Shown here: positions 1-9,215 of the stretch, one piece after another
How positions within the stretch are numbered: the stretch's first letter is position 1
How the letters are laid out: every line of letters begins with the position of its first letter
Assembly (NCBI GenBank): GCA_964620395.1
Contig: CAZUHE010000002.1
Coordinates: 9,624-41,623 of the forward strand
Length of the DNA: 32,000 nucleotides
DNA from: an uncultured Dehalococcoidia bacterium
GTDB taxonomy: Bacteria; Chloroflexota; Dehalococcoidia; Lucifugimonadales; UBA826
Direction: 5' to 3'
Position numbers and translations under genes: made by a program
Notes under the pieces: model-generated
The model's database searches: none
Seen by the model: the letters and a program-made list of their open reading frames with translations, nothing else
What the model was told of the DNA's origin: nothing

Positions 1-876
1 GAAGAAGTTTCGGCAGTCAATCCAAGTATTGTTTACGCTTCTATTTCGGGATACGGACAAACTGGACCATACGCCGCAAAAAGAGCGCATGATCCCCAAA
101 TCCAAGGTATGAGCGGACTGATGGATATTAATGGAGCCGCGGAAGGACCCCCAACAAGAGTTGGTTTTTACATCGCCGATCTTGTGACTCCTCTTTTCGG
201 ATGTTATTCGATATTGGCCGCGTTGAGAGAGAGAGATCGTACTGGTCAAGGTCAATACATTGATGTGTCCATGATTGACACATTGACTTCACTGATATTT
301 ATGGACACTGTAGAAGAAGAATTGGAGGCTGGGATTTCTTTAAGGCAAGGAAATGACGTTAGGGGTGCGGGAGCCACGGGTCTTTACCATACAAAGGACG
401 GGGATATTATTGTAACTGTCGCCAGTAATGATCAGTGGAATAAACTTGTGAAAGCTTTAGATGTGGATTCTCTTTCGAATAACCCTAGATTTACCACTTT
501 GGTGGAACGCAACAGACATGTAGATGAAGTAAAGAAATCATTGCAGAGTATCTTTAATGAGTATCAAAGGGAAGACGCTATTTCTCTCCTTGAAGATAAC
601 GGAGTCCCATGTGCTGCGGTCCGTGGAGTTGAGGAAGTCATGGAAGATGAACACTTCTGGAATAGAGGCAGTTTGCTTCCTCTATTTAATGCTGCTTACA
701 AAGACCCTATACCTGGATTTGTAGCTTCTGGGTTTCCTGCACGTTTTTCAGGAGGCGAACTGCCTAGGTCAAAAGGCGCACCAACTCTGGGTATGAACAA
801 TAATGATGTTTATGGAGATTTGCTTAAGTTGGACAATGATGAACTCGTCAGACTTAAAGAAAAGGGGATTATATAG
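1..876 (+). CDS. Family III (CaiB/BaiF-type) acyl-CoA transferase, 5' end cut by window edge
   Basis: Frame +1 is open from base 1 (EEVSAVNPSIVYASISGYGQTGPYAAKRAHDPQIQGMSGLMDING...). This matches the conserved core of family III CoA-transferases (sISGyGqtGP, catalytic Asp region D-x-x-Q-x-xSG). The track entry 109..876 is the same frame from an internal Met. Confidence 0.8.
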   Translation, partial: EEVSAVNPSIVYASISGYGQTGPYAAKRAHDPQIQGMSGLMDINGAAEGPPTRVGFYIADLVTPLFGCYSILAALRERDRTGQGQYIDVSMIDTLTSLIFMDTVEEELEAGISLRQGNDVRGAGATGLYHTKDGDIIVTVASNDQWNKLVKALDVDSLSNNPRFTTLVERNRHVDEVKKSLQSIFNEYQREDAISLLEDNGVPCAAVRGVEEVMEDEHFWNRGSLLPLFNAAYKDPIPGFVASGFPARFSGGELPRSKGAPTLGMNNNDVYGDLLKLDNDELVRLKEKGII

Positions 877-905
877 CGATAGCGGTTTTTTGGGAGGTGT
901 CGGTA

Positions 906-1817
906 ATGATTAAAAGTAATATATCAGCAAAACCTTTGCGCACGATGTTGTATGTACCAGCAAACAGGGAAGAATGGATACGAAAGGCTCCAAAATATCA
1001 GGCTGACGCCATTATTTTGGATCTGGAAGATTCAGTCCCAATGAACCAGAAGGAAATGGCACGGGATATCGTTTCAAGAGTTATACCTGAGTTGGCTGCT
1101 TCGGGTGTGACGGTAATAGTCAGGGTAAATGATTTGAGTACAGGTATGACTGAAGATGACCTTTCTTGCGCCGTATCGGAAGGGATCTATTCAATTTCTT
1201 TGCCAATGACAACCGGACCACAAGATGTAATGGAATTAGACAGGCTAATTTCTGTAGAGGAAGATCGGAAAAAGATGCCTTCCCGCTGTGTACTGATTGA
1301 TCCCGGGATGGAAACTGCTACTGGGATAAGATCTGCCTATCAGATTGGCCTTGCCTCAGATAGAGTGGCACACATGGGAGTTGGTGGAGGCAAAGGTGGT
1401 GATGTTGCGAGGGCTCTAGGGTATCGATGGACTCCCCAGGGAACTGAGACTCTGTTTATTAGGTCCAAAGTCCTCCTTGATGCGAGAGCAGCCGGGGTTC
1501 CATATCCAGTAACAGGCCTTTGGCAAGATATTGCTGACAAGGAAGGTTTAAAAGATTTCGCTATTCAGTCCAGGGATATTGGGTACAACGGGATGTCTGT
1601 TATCCATCCTTCTCATATACCCATTGTTAATGATGTATTTTCACCAACTAAGGAGGAAATGTCTGAATGGGTAGGTATTATAGATGCCATGAATCATGTT
1701 CAATCTTCGGGAGGTGCTGCGGTATCATACAATGGTAGTATGGTGGATATAGCTCATGAGAAAACAGCAAAAGAAATGCTTGAATTTGCTCGTGAACTCG
1801 GACTTTTTTCTGAATAA
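906..1817 (+). CDS. HpcH/HpaI-CitE family acyl-CoA lyase (citryl-/malyl-/citramalyl-CoA lyase beta-subunit-like)
   Basis: N-terminus LRTMLYVPANREEWIRKAPKYQADAIILDLEDSVP is the CitE-family signature (R..L.VP......KA....AD.i.LDLEDsV). GGGAGG at 892-897 favours ATG 906 over the track's GTG 897. It lies about 20-30 nt after the CoA-transferase stop. Confidence 0.8.
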   Translation: MIKSNISAKPLRTMLYVPANREEWIRKAPKYQADAIILDLEDSVPMNQKEMARDIVSRVIPELAASGVTVIVRVNDLSTGMTEDDLSCAVSEGIYSISLPMTTGPQDVMELDRLISVEEDRKKMPSRCVLIDPGMETATGIRSAYQIGLASDRVAHMGVGGGKGGDVARALGYRWTPQGTETLFIRSKVLLDARAAGVPYPVTGLWQDIADKEGLKDFAIQSRDIGYNGMSVIHPSHIPIVNDVFSPTKEEMSEWVGIIDAMNHVQSSGGAAVSYNGSMVDIAHEKTAKEMLEFARELGLFSE

Positions 1818-1847
1818 TTTACAGTGAAATAGCGTAGGGGCGACTAC

Positions 1848-2258
1848 ATGACAGACTCTAAAGATGGTTCCGTAAATCCAAGAGATGATGAACAATACAG
1901 GGATAAATTGACGCCTATGCAATTTGAGGTAACTCGTAAGAAGGCTACCGAAAGAGCATTTACTGGTAAGTATTGGGATACGACTGATAAAGGGGTTTAT
2001 CGTTGCCTGTGCTGCGATGCCGAATTGTTTTCTTCAGAGGCTAAATTTGATTCTATGTGTGGTTGGCCTAGTTTTTATGAGCCGATGGATGGTGAACAAA
2101 TAGAAGAAGAAACAGATAAATCATTGGGAATGGTACGTACTGAAGTTATGTGCCAGACTTGTGGTGCCCATCTCGGGCATGTATTTCCAGACGGCCCCCA
2201 ACCAACGGGATTGAGGTACTGTATAAACTCTGCATCCATAGACCTACGTCAGGAATGA
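1848..2258 (+). CDS. msrB: Peptide-methionine (R)-S-oxide reductase MsrB
   Basis: 136 aa with two CxxC zinc motifs (CLCC..., CQTC) and GWPSF, [10 protein letters not shown], RYCINS (catalytic Cys, TGT codon). Textbook SelR/MsrB. Confidence 0.93.
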   Translation: MTDSKDGSVNPRDDEQYRDKLTPMQFEVTRKKATERAFTGKYWDTTDKGVYRCLCCDAELFSSEAKFDSMCGWPSFYEPMDGEQIEEETDKSLGMVRTEVMCQTCGAHLGHVFPDGPQPTGLRYCINSASIDLRQE

Positions 2259-2273
2259 TTATTTTCTGGTTTT

Positions 2274-3617
2274 TTAGTCCCTAACCATCTGCGCAAAAAT
2301 TGGTTCAAGCCTATTTCTCGCTACAGCTTGTTGTGAGCTGTCCTGTGAAGGATAAATGGGAATATCCTCATCTAAGTCTGCGTTTAAGTCATATAATTCG
2401 CCCGTTTCGTAAAGGCTCCAATCATGGTCTTTCACAAATCGAATGGCTTTCCATGCAGCCATGTCATGTCTGGCATTCATTGGTTCAAAGTGAAAAAATA
2501 TCCAGTCCCTTGGGGTTCCTTTACCTCCGATAAGTTGGGGGTAAAAGGATTTACCGTCAATGGCGTAATCGTTGGGAATATCCAGATTTAGCGCTTCAAA
2601 AATCGTTGGGAGGAAATCAGTGGATTCGATAAGGTCAGTATTGACTGAACCTGAGGGAATAGTTCCAGGCATGCTACATATCAGCGGTACATGAGTTCCC
2701 CGGTCGTTGGTTTTACCTTTTCCCCCGCATATTTCGTTGTGTTCGTGGACCATTGAACAAACATCGGCAGGGCTACCATTGTCTCCCAAGTAAATAATCA
2801 GAGTATCTTCGCTTAAATTTGCATCGGATAAATATTGAATCAACCTTCCAATTACTTTGTCATGGTATTCCACCATATCTTTATAGAATCTCGGATCGTC
2901 AATTTGTTGGTCCCCTTCTACTTCTGCCCATGTCTTAGCCCCCAAAGATCTGTTTGAAGGTGGGTCAAAATCATCCCATTCGGGGCTGTCAGGAGTTGGT
3001 TCGTGGGGCTTGTGAGTTGCCGCCATTGGCCAATATACAAAAAATGGGGAATCATCATCTTTTTTTCTGTCAATAAAATCTATAATGTAGTCGCAAAAAA
3101 TATCCTCTCCGTATTTTCCTTGAGTGTCTTTTCTAAATTCTCCGTTTTGATAAATCACCGGGTTTTTATATCTAGACCCTTTTTCTTCAGTATGATGGGC
3201 ATGCCAAACACAAAACTCGTCAAATCCCGAGTCCTCAATCATTTGTCCTTTTGATCGGTCTTCGGGTGATTGATCTAGTGGATTGTAGGAATATAGTTGC
3301 CATTTACCAGAAATACAGGTGTTATATCCAGCGTCGGAAAGTAGATGCCCTACAGTAATTTCGTTTGGATCTATTAGCCCAAAGCCTATGTAGTTTCTGA
3401 AGTTATACTTTCCAGTCATCAACGAAACTCTAGTTGGAGTGCATAAAGGCATAACATGTGCGTTGTCAAACCTCATGCCTGACTCCGCTAAAGAGTCAAT
3501 GTGAGGAGTCTTGTAAGATGAGCCTCCATTTGCTCCGATAACTTCGTAGCCTAAATCATCAGACATAATTAAAATAATGTTTTGTCTGCCGTTGGACATG
3601 GATACACTTTTCTCCAT
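2274..3617 (-). CDS. Formylglycine-dependent (Cys-type) sulfatase, no signal peptide
   Basis: NIILIMSDDLGY...LCTPTRVSLMTGKY carries the C-x-P-x-R sulfatase signature; later motifs GDNG and GKGKT..G.HVP are present. An in-frame TGA lies immediately upstream of ATG 3617, so no N-terminal leader can exist. Confidence 0.9.
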   Translation of the reverse strand: MEKSVSMSNGRQNIILIMSDDLGYEVIGANGGSSYKTPHIDSLAESGMRFDNAHVMPLCTPTRVSLMTGKYNFRNYIGFGLIDPNEITVGHLLSDAGYNTCISGKWQLYSYNPLDQSPEDRSKGQMIEDSGFDEFCVWHAHHTEEKGSRYKNPVIYQNGEFRKDTQGKYGEDIFCDYIIDFIDRKKDDDSPFFVYWPMAATHKPHEPTPDSPEWDDFDPPSNRSLGAKTWAEVEGDQQIDDPRFYKDMVEYHDKVIGRLIQYLSDANLSEDTLIIYLGDNGSPADVCSMVHEHNEICGGKGKTNDRGTHVPLICSMPGTIPSGSVNTDLIESTDFLPTIFEALNLDIPNDYAIDGKSFYPQLIGGKGTPRDWIFFHFEPMNARHDMAAWKAIRFVKDHDWSLYETGELYDLNADLDEDIPIYPSQDSSQQAVARNRLEPIFAQMVRD

Positions 3618-3699
3618 TCAGATTCTCTTTGAATTTTCCTTATGATATCACCCATGACTTACCTGTTATGGTTCGCATCTGGGGTTCCTTTCATTGTAT

Positions 3700-5139
3700 T
3701 TAGATCTTTTTTACGGGGGTTGTTTTTGGAGTACTTTCAATTACCCTCATAGAACGCCATTTTCCTTGTCGGTAACGTAGGGCGAATACTAAGGAAAGGC
3801 AGATAATATAGGCGATACCGGCGGACCAGGCAGATTTAAGTCCCCATCCCAGAATTTCAATGCCAATGTATGTTGGAATTATAAGCAGGATAATCGATAC
3901 GATGATCACTGCATAAAGGATGAATTTAGTGTCTCCGGCCCCTTTTAATGCGGACGAAGCAATGATCCCAATGGAGTCAAATAATGACCAAACAGCAACA
4001 CATTTAAGTGCTAGTTCAGCATGAGGTCTGATAGCTGCGAAATCTTTAACGTCAGCTTTCAATGTAAATGGTTCTATGAAAATCCCTGGTACTAAAAAAT
4101 AGAGCAGAGATATAGTTCCCATGTACAGGGAGGCGATATGTAAACCCGAAAAAGTTGCCCTGTTAGCTCCCTCTGGTTTATCGGCTCCCAGAGATTGACC
4201 CACTAGAATGTTGACTGCAATGCCCATTCCTATCATTGGCATGAATGCCAATAGGCTTATATTAAGAGCGACATTAGATGCAGCAAGTTCTACTGCTCCC
4301 AGTCTTCCTATAATCAATAGGAAAATTGAAAACGAAGCCATATCCGCAAAAAATTGCAGCCCACTGGGCATACCAAATTTTATCAATCTTAAGAATAATG
4401 GTTTCTCAAATTGCCACCCGGAGAGAGTATTAAATTTTTGTCTGTTTTGACGAGAAAATAACAACGCTGAGAGGATAAGTAAATTGAGTAGTCCGGATAG
4501 TATGGTTGAGAGACCTGCTCCAGCGATGCCCATTTCTGGGAGACCAAAATTTCCAAATATTAAAAGGTAATTTAGCACTATGTTTAATGCGGTAGCTGCG
4601 AAGCTAGCCCACATTACAGGATATGTTTTTCCCCTACCACTGAAAAAAGCAGATATCGGTCCTGAAAGTATTGGAAAAAATCCGCCAATAGCGAGATATT
4701 TCCAGTATATTTTTTCTAGTTCAACTATTTTGGGATCATGACCAATGAAATTAAATAACGGCCCGGATAGAAACAACGTGAGAACAACTATCGTTCCTCC
4801 TAGCATAGAGAAATAGATACCTTGCCACATTGCAGGCCCCACTCTATCGTCCCGGCGAGCACCTGTATATTGGGCAACAAATGTTCCTACGTAGCTGGAT
4901 GTCCCGAGGAAGAAACTAATTGCAGCAAAACCTAACAATGAAGTAGGTGCTGCTGCTGCTAGCGCATCTGTGGAATACCAAGATAAGAACATACGATCAA
5001 CAAAAGATTGTATTGAAAATGATCCAGTGCTCAGTATCAGGGGTACTGCCACGATCAAAAGATGTTTGTAGCCATTGGTCCCATACCAACGGGTCGCCAG
5101 TATGCCCTTGAAGCGTTTTTTCAGCTTGTTCTCCAACAT
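3700..5139 (-). CDS. MATE family efflux transporter
   Basis: 479 aa, about 12 hydrophobic segments. The N-terminal LLIVAVPLILSTGSFSIQSFVDRMFLS...ALAAAAP pattern is typical of NorM/DinF-type MATE proteins. Confidence 0.85.
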   Translation of the reverse strand: MLENKLKKRFKGILATRWYGTNGYKHLLIVAVPLILSTGSFSIQSFVDRMFLSWYSTDALAAAAPTSLLGFAAISFFLGTSSYVGTFVAQYTGARRDDRVGPAMWQGIYFSMLGGTIVVLTLFLSGPLFNFIGHDPKIVELEKIYWKYLAIGGFFPILSGPISAFFSGRGKTYPVMWASFAATALNIVLNYLLIFGNFGLPEMGIAGAGLSTILSGLLNLLILSALLFSRQNRQKFNTLSGWQFEKPLFLRLIKFGMPSGLQFFADMASFSIFLLIIGRLGAVELAASNVALNISLLAFMPMIGMGIAVNILVGQSLGADKPEGANRATFSGLHIASLYMGTISLLYFLVPGIFIEPFTLKADVKDFAAIRPHAELALKCVAVWSLFDSIGIIASSALKGAGDTKFILYAVIIVSIILLIIPTYIGIEILGWGLKSAWSAGIAYIICLSLVFALRYRQGKWRSMRVIESTPKTTPVKKI

Positions 5140-5469
5140 TAATTATTTGATAACAGCCTTTCGTATGAGCAAATTATTTCTACCTGACATTAAATGGTCG
5201 TATATTGGCAATAAGTCCATAAAAGGTGTTTACCTATAATCTTAACTGTAAGTATGTATTTTTAGATACAGATGATAAATATATTTGAGAAATCAAAAAT
5301 CTAATTGGAGGCGTAAAACAACGGTAATTATCATGATTTTCTATTACTTCATTTAGTAAGAATGATTTAAATCGAAGTGTTGGGAGGCTTGCGCTGGTAG
5401 AATGGACATAACTGTTTTCAAATACAGATCTGGACGACAAATAATTTTTAATGGGATAAAGCCGTACGG
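5140..5469. promoter_or_regulatory. 330-nt AT-rich divergent intergenic region (promoters for the MATE/sulfatase unit and the lactonase operon)
   Basis: Divergent gene starts at 5139 (-) and 5470 (+) require promoters here. The composition is strongly AT-rich. No convincing ORF or known riboswitch consensus was recognised. Confidence 0.45.
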
Positions 5470-6480
5470 ATGAGACAAATACTTTTCGTTTCTTCACCAG
5501 GAGACTCCAGCATTTCATGTTGGGAAATTGATCCGGATAACGGTGCCCTAAACTTTATGTCTTCTTCAAATGTTGAAGGCCGCCCGTCTCCAATGGCAGC
5601 AGACATTGAAAATTTGCGGTTGTATATAGGGAGACGCGATATACCGCAGATTTCAACTTATGCGTACGATATTGTGTCAGGTAGGTTAAGTCATCATTCA
5701 GATGGAGCCGTGCTTCATAGCGATCCCTGTTATATATCCCTTGACAAGACCAAAAATTACATATTAGGGGCATATTACAGCGCAGGAGGTGTTAGCGTTA
5801 ACAAGGTCGTCGACGGTGTTGTTGATAAGGACATAGACTGGATGCCAACGGGGTTTGGAGCTCACTGTGTGATGACTGACGTTTCTAACGATTACGTTAT
5901 GTTACCCCATATCGCTGGAGAGCAAGGCATCAATACTATTAGGTCTTATAAGTTTGATTCTGAAAAAGGTCACTTAACTCCCAACAATCCATCTACATAT
6001 GACCAGAAGGATAATAGAGGTCCCCGTCACTTTGTATTTCACCCAAATGGGAAATTCGTTTATTTTTCCAATGAACAAGAATGTAGCGTCACTGCATATA
6101 AATATGAAGAAGGAAGAATTGAAGAAATTCAGACTCAATCTACTCTGCCCATGCATTATTCTGGCGTTAACACTTGTGCGCAAATAAGAATAACCAGTGA
6201 TGGTAAGTTTTTGTATGCTCCCAATAGAGGACATGACTCAATTGCATGTTTTTCTGTAAATAAATCTACGGGGTTACTGAAATCAATTGGAAGGACACCA
6301 ACTGAAGCTACCCCTCGCGTTCTTGATGTGGATATGACCGGCAAGTATCTATATTCAGCAGGATTGGATAGTGGATATCTTTCAGCCTTTTCGATTGGAG
6401 ATAAAGGAAAGTTAAAGTTTATAGACCGTTATGAGGTGGGGAAGGAACCCATGTGGGTTCTTGTGGTTCCTGGTGAATGA
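5470..6480 (+). CDS. 7-bladed beta-propeller lactonase (6-phosphogluconolactonase / cis-carboxymuconate-lactonase-like, COG2706 type)
   Basis: 336 aa with repeated blade pattern. GPRHFVFHPNGKFVYFSNEQECSVTAY and DGKFLYAPNRGHDSIACF are typical of the Lactonase (PF10282-like) family. Confidence 0.75.
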   Translation: MRQILFVSSPGDSSISCWEIDPDNGALNFMSSSNVEGRPSPMAADIENLRLYIGRRDIPQISTYAYDIVSGRLSHHSDGAVLHSDPCYISLDKTKNYILGAYYSAGGVSVNKVVDGVVDKDIDWMPTGFGAHCVMTDVSNDYVMLPHIAGEQGINTIRSYKFDSEKGHLTPNNPSTYDQKDNRGPRHFVFHPNGKFVYFSNEQECSVTAYKYEEGRIEEIQTQSTLPMHYSGVNTCAQIRITSDGKFLYAPNRGHDSIACFSVNKSTGLLKSIGRTPTEATPRVLDVDMTGKYLYSAGLDSGYLSAFSIGDKGKLKFIDRYEVGKEPMWVLVVPGE

Positions 6481-6502
6481 TCATGTACTGCAGACTAGTA
6501 GT

Positions 6503-6973
6503 GTGTCGATTACGGTTAACGGTTGTCAGTTAAATGTAAAGATTGATAATCGTCTTACTCTGCTTGATTTTTTGAGGGATCATTTAGGGATGACTGGAAC
6601 AAAAAAGGGCTGCGATAGGGGAGAATGTGGAGCATGTACGGTTATAGTTAATGGGGTTGCTGTCAATTCTTGCCAAATGTTCGTTGTTGCCTTGTCTAAA
6701 AGTGAAGTAGTCACGATTGAAGGTGTTTCGGAATCCGAAGGTTTGCATCCAGTTCAAGATTCATTTTATAAAAATGATGGCGCTCAATGTGGATATTGCA
6801 CTTCTGGATGCGTAATGAGTGCTTATTCGGTATATGAATATCAGACAGAGCCTACAGAGCAACAATACTTTGAGGCGCTCGCAGGCAATTTATGCCGCTG
6901 TAACGCTTATCATGCCATCAAGGCTTCATTGAGCGAACTTTCAAAATGCAACAAAGGTAATTTGCAGGAATAA
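6503..6973 (+). CDS. [2Fe-2S]-binding small subunit of a xanthine-dehydrogenase-family molybdoenzyme (PaoA/CoxS-like)
   Basis: VNG....TLLDFLRDHLGMTGTKKGCDRGECGACTV (plant-type 2Fe-2S) plus QCGYCTSG...CRCNAY (second 2Fe-2S). The start is uncertain. GTG 6503 gives the usual short N-terminus before VNG; the track's ATG 6431 would overlap the lactonase by 50 nt. No twin-arginine leader with either start. Confidence 0.85.
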   Translation: MSITVNGCQLNVKIDNRLTLLDFLRDHLGMTGTKKGCDRGECGACTVIVNGVAVNSCQMFVVALSKSEVVTIEGVSESEGLHPVQDSFYKNDGAQCGYCTSGCVMSAYSVYEYQTEPTEQQYFEALAGNLCRCNAYHAIKASLSELSKCNKGNLQE

Positions 6974-6974
6974 A

Positions 6975-9215
6975 ATGACAGAATTTTCTGTTATAGGGAA
7001 CTCGGTCCCCAGAATAGATTTAAGGGATAAAGTAACCGGAGAAGCCAGGTACACCTCTGATATAGCCCTACCAGGTATGTTGTGTGGCAAAATTATACGA
7101 AGCCCACATCCTCATGCAACTATATTGTCGGTAGATACCACAAAAATCGAATCTCATTTATTGAGCGGCGCCATTCTCACTCCTTTTAACGTGGGAAGTG
7201 GTAATGTCGCTCCGGATATTCCTATATTGGATAGGAAGGTTAGATTTGTGGGAGATGAAGTCGGAGCTATTGCTGGAACTGATGAATTTGAGTCTTCCCA
7301 AGCTTTATCTCTAGTTGATGTTGAATACGAAATTCTTCCTTTCTCACCGTCTACTGATTCTGCAATGGCAGTTGATTCCGAACCCATTCATCCAGGAGGG
7401 AATTTGGTAAATGGTGCCCCCATAATGGAACAACGAGGAAGTGTTTTGGAAGGATTTGATCAGGCTGATGTTATTGTCGAGAGATCTTTCTCCACTCCTG
7501 GACATGCATCTGCGGCTCTTGAACCTAGATCTGTTTTGTCATCATGGGAAGGAAGACATTTAACGGTTTGGAAATCCAGTAGGGGGGTTCATGTTGATAG
7601 AGCAAATATTGCGGCCTCTCTTAACATTTCATTGGATGATATTACGGTAATAGGTTCATATATGGGTGGAGGATTTGGAGGAAAAGATGAAACCCGTACT
7701 GCCTCTATCTCAGCTCTGTTGGCAAAGAGGACAGGCAGACCTGTCAAGATAGAACTGTCTAGAGAAGAAGAATTCTTGGCAGGGAGACGGCGCCATTCCA
7801 CAAAGACGACCGTTAGAATAGGCGTAACAAGAGAAGGGAATATTACTGCGATAGACGCTAGTACTGTCATGGATACTGGGGCCTATCTATCCTCAGGCCC
7901 AGGGGTTATAAGAAGGGCAGGTCAGGGATTCTTGTATTTGTACCGTTGTGCCAACGTAAGGTATACAGGATACCTTGTATACACTAATACCCCTTCAGCA
8001 GGGTCCTATCGCGCCCTTGGTGCCCCGCAGGGGCATTTCGCTTTGGAGTCTATGATTGATGAAGTTGCTGAAAAAATCGATATAGACCCTTTGGAGTTCC
8101 GATTGCGAAATCATGTTTCAAAGCAAGGTCAACCTGGCGAACGGGTTACGCCTGTAGACCAGATAGTTGATACCCAACCAGTTGAAGGTGGTATTCCGTT
8201 TTCAAGCAACGGTCTCGCTGACTGTTTGAAACTGGGTTCACAGGCCATAAACTGGGATACGGATGATATATCAGCACATCAAGAGGGTCCCGTTAGGCGT
8301 GGTAAAGGCATGAGCATGTTCCTGTATCGAGGAGGTCCTGGAGGTACAGCGGAAGCTCATATTACCCTGAATAGACAGGGTGACTATGAAGTTTCTGTAG
8401 GTATTATGGATGTGGGAGAAGGCAGTGTTACCGTATTGGCACAGATGGCATCTGAAATTTTGGGAACGGATCCCCGTGATTTGTTAATGATGGTCGGTAA
8501 CACTTCATCAACACCCAAAGCAGGTCTCACAGCAGGGTCAACAGTAACGTTTTCGTCCGGATTGGCGGTAAAATCCGCGTCCATGAAGTTAAAAAGGAAA
8601 TTGTTAGTTGAAGCGTCACATATAACTGGGGAAGCAATTGAAGGCCTTTCTTTAGTTGGGAAGAAGGTGGAATCTACTAGTGGTTCATTTATTTCCTTAT
8701 CAGATATTACCTCTGTTATAGGAGATATCAAGACTGAAAGTAAAGTTAACCCAGGCAGTAGCGATTATATTGTCAATTCGTTCGGTGCCCATTTTGTTGA
8801 ATTAGAGGTCGATACAGAAACGGGCTTAGTAAAAATTTTGCGTTATGTCGCTTCACATGATTCAGGAAAAATTATTAATCCGAAAATGGCTGAAAACCAG
8901 GTGAGAGGTGGTATATCGCAAATGCTGGGTTTTACATTAACCGAAGATATGGAGATAGATCCTGTTACCGGTATACCAATAAACACCAGTTTTTTAGAAC
9001 ATAAAAGCCCAATGATACTGGATGTGCCTCCAATAGAGGTTATTTTCACCGATGTAAAAGATCCAATCGGTCCATTTGGGGCTAAGTCTTTGGGTGAGCC
9101 TCCTAGCATTGGTCCGGCTCCAGCAATAGCGAACGCGATTTATGATGCTATTGGAATCAGAATCACCAAGCTTCCCATAACCTCTACACGAATACTTGAA
9201 GAATTGAACAAATGA
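6975..9215 (+). CDS. Molybdopterin-binding large subunit of a xanthine-dehydrogenase/aldehyde-oxidase family enzyme (PaoC-like)
   Basis: 746 aa with GGGFGGK, SYRALGAPQG and C-terminal GAKSLGEPPSIGPAPAIANAIYDA (catalytic Glu context). ATG follows the small-subunit TAA after 1 nt. Confidence 0.9.
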   Translation: MTEFSVIGNSVPRIDLRDKVTGEARYTSDIALPGMLCGKIIRSPHPHATILSVDTTKIESHLLSGAILTPFNVGSGNVAPDIPILDRKVRFVGDEVGAIAGTDEFESSQALSLVDVEYEILPFSPSTDSAMAVDSEPIHPGGNLVNGAPIMEQRGSVLEGFDQADVIVERSFSTPGHASAALEPRSVLSSWEGRHLTVWKSSRGVHVDRANIAASLNISLDDITVIGSYMGGGFGGKDETRTASISALLAKRTGRPVKIELSREEEFLAGRRRHSTKTTVRIGVTREGNITAIDASTVMDTGAYLSSGPGVIRRAGQGFLYLYRCANVRYTGYLVYTNTPSAGSYRALGAPQGHFALESMIDEVAEKIDIDPLEFRLRNHVSKQGQPGERVTPVDQIVDTQPVEGGIPFSSNGLADCLKLGSQAINWDTDDISAHQEGPVRRGKGMSMFLYRGGPGGTAEAHITLNRQGDYEVSVGIMDVGEGSVTVLAQMASEILGTDPRDLLMMVGNTSSTPKAGLTAGSTVTFSSGLAVKSASMKLKRKLLVEASHITGEAIEGLSLVGKKVESTSGSFISLSDITSVIGDIKTESKVNPGSSDYIVNSFGAHFVELEVDTETGLVKILRYVASHDSGKIINPKMAENQVRGGISQMLGFTLTEDMEIDPVTGIPINTSFLEHKSPMILDVPPIEVIFTDVKDPIGPFGAKSLGEPPSIGPAPAIANAIYDAIGIRITKLPITSTRILEELNK

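Noticed and set aside
1848-2258. Selenocysteine-containing MsrB
   Set aside because: The catalytic residue in RYCINS is encoded by TGT, not TGA, and there is no in-frame TGA.
5234-5518. 94-aa minus-strand ORF in the AT-rich divergent spacer
   Set aside because: AT-driven composition rich in K/L/S/F/I, no motifs, and overlap with the lactonase start. It is most likely a chance ORF.
6431-6502. ATG 6431 as start of the FeS subunit
   Set aside because: It would overlap the lactonase by 50 nt and add 24 residues (MRWGRNPCGFLWFLVNDHVLQTSS) that homologues lack. It has no Shine-Dalgarno site. This is kept only as an alternative, because GTG 6503 also lacks a clear Shine-Dalgarno.
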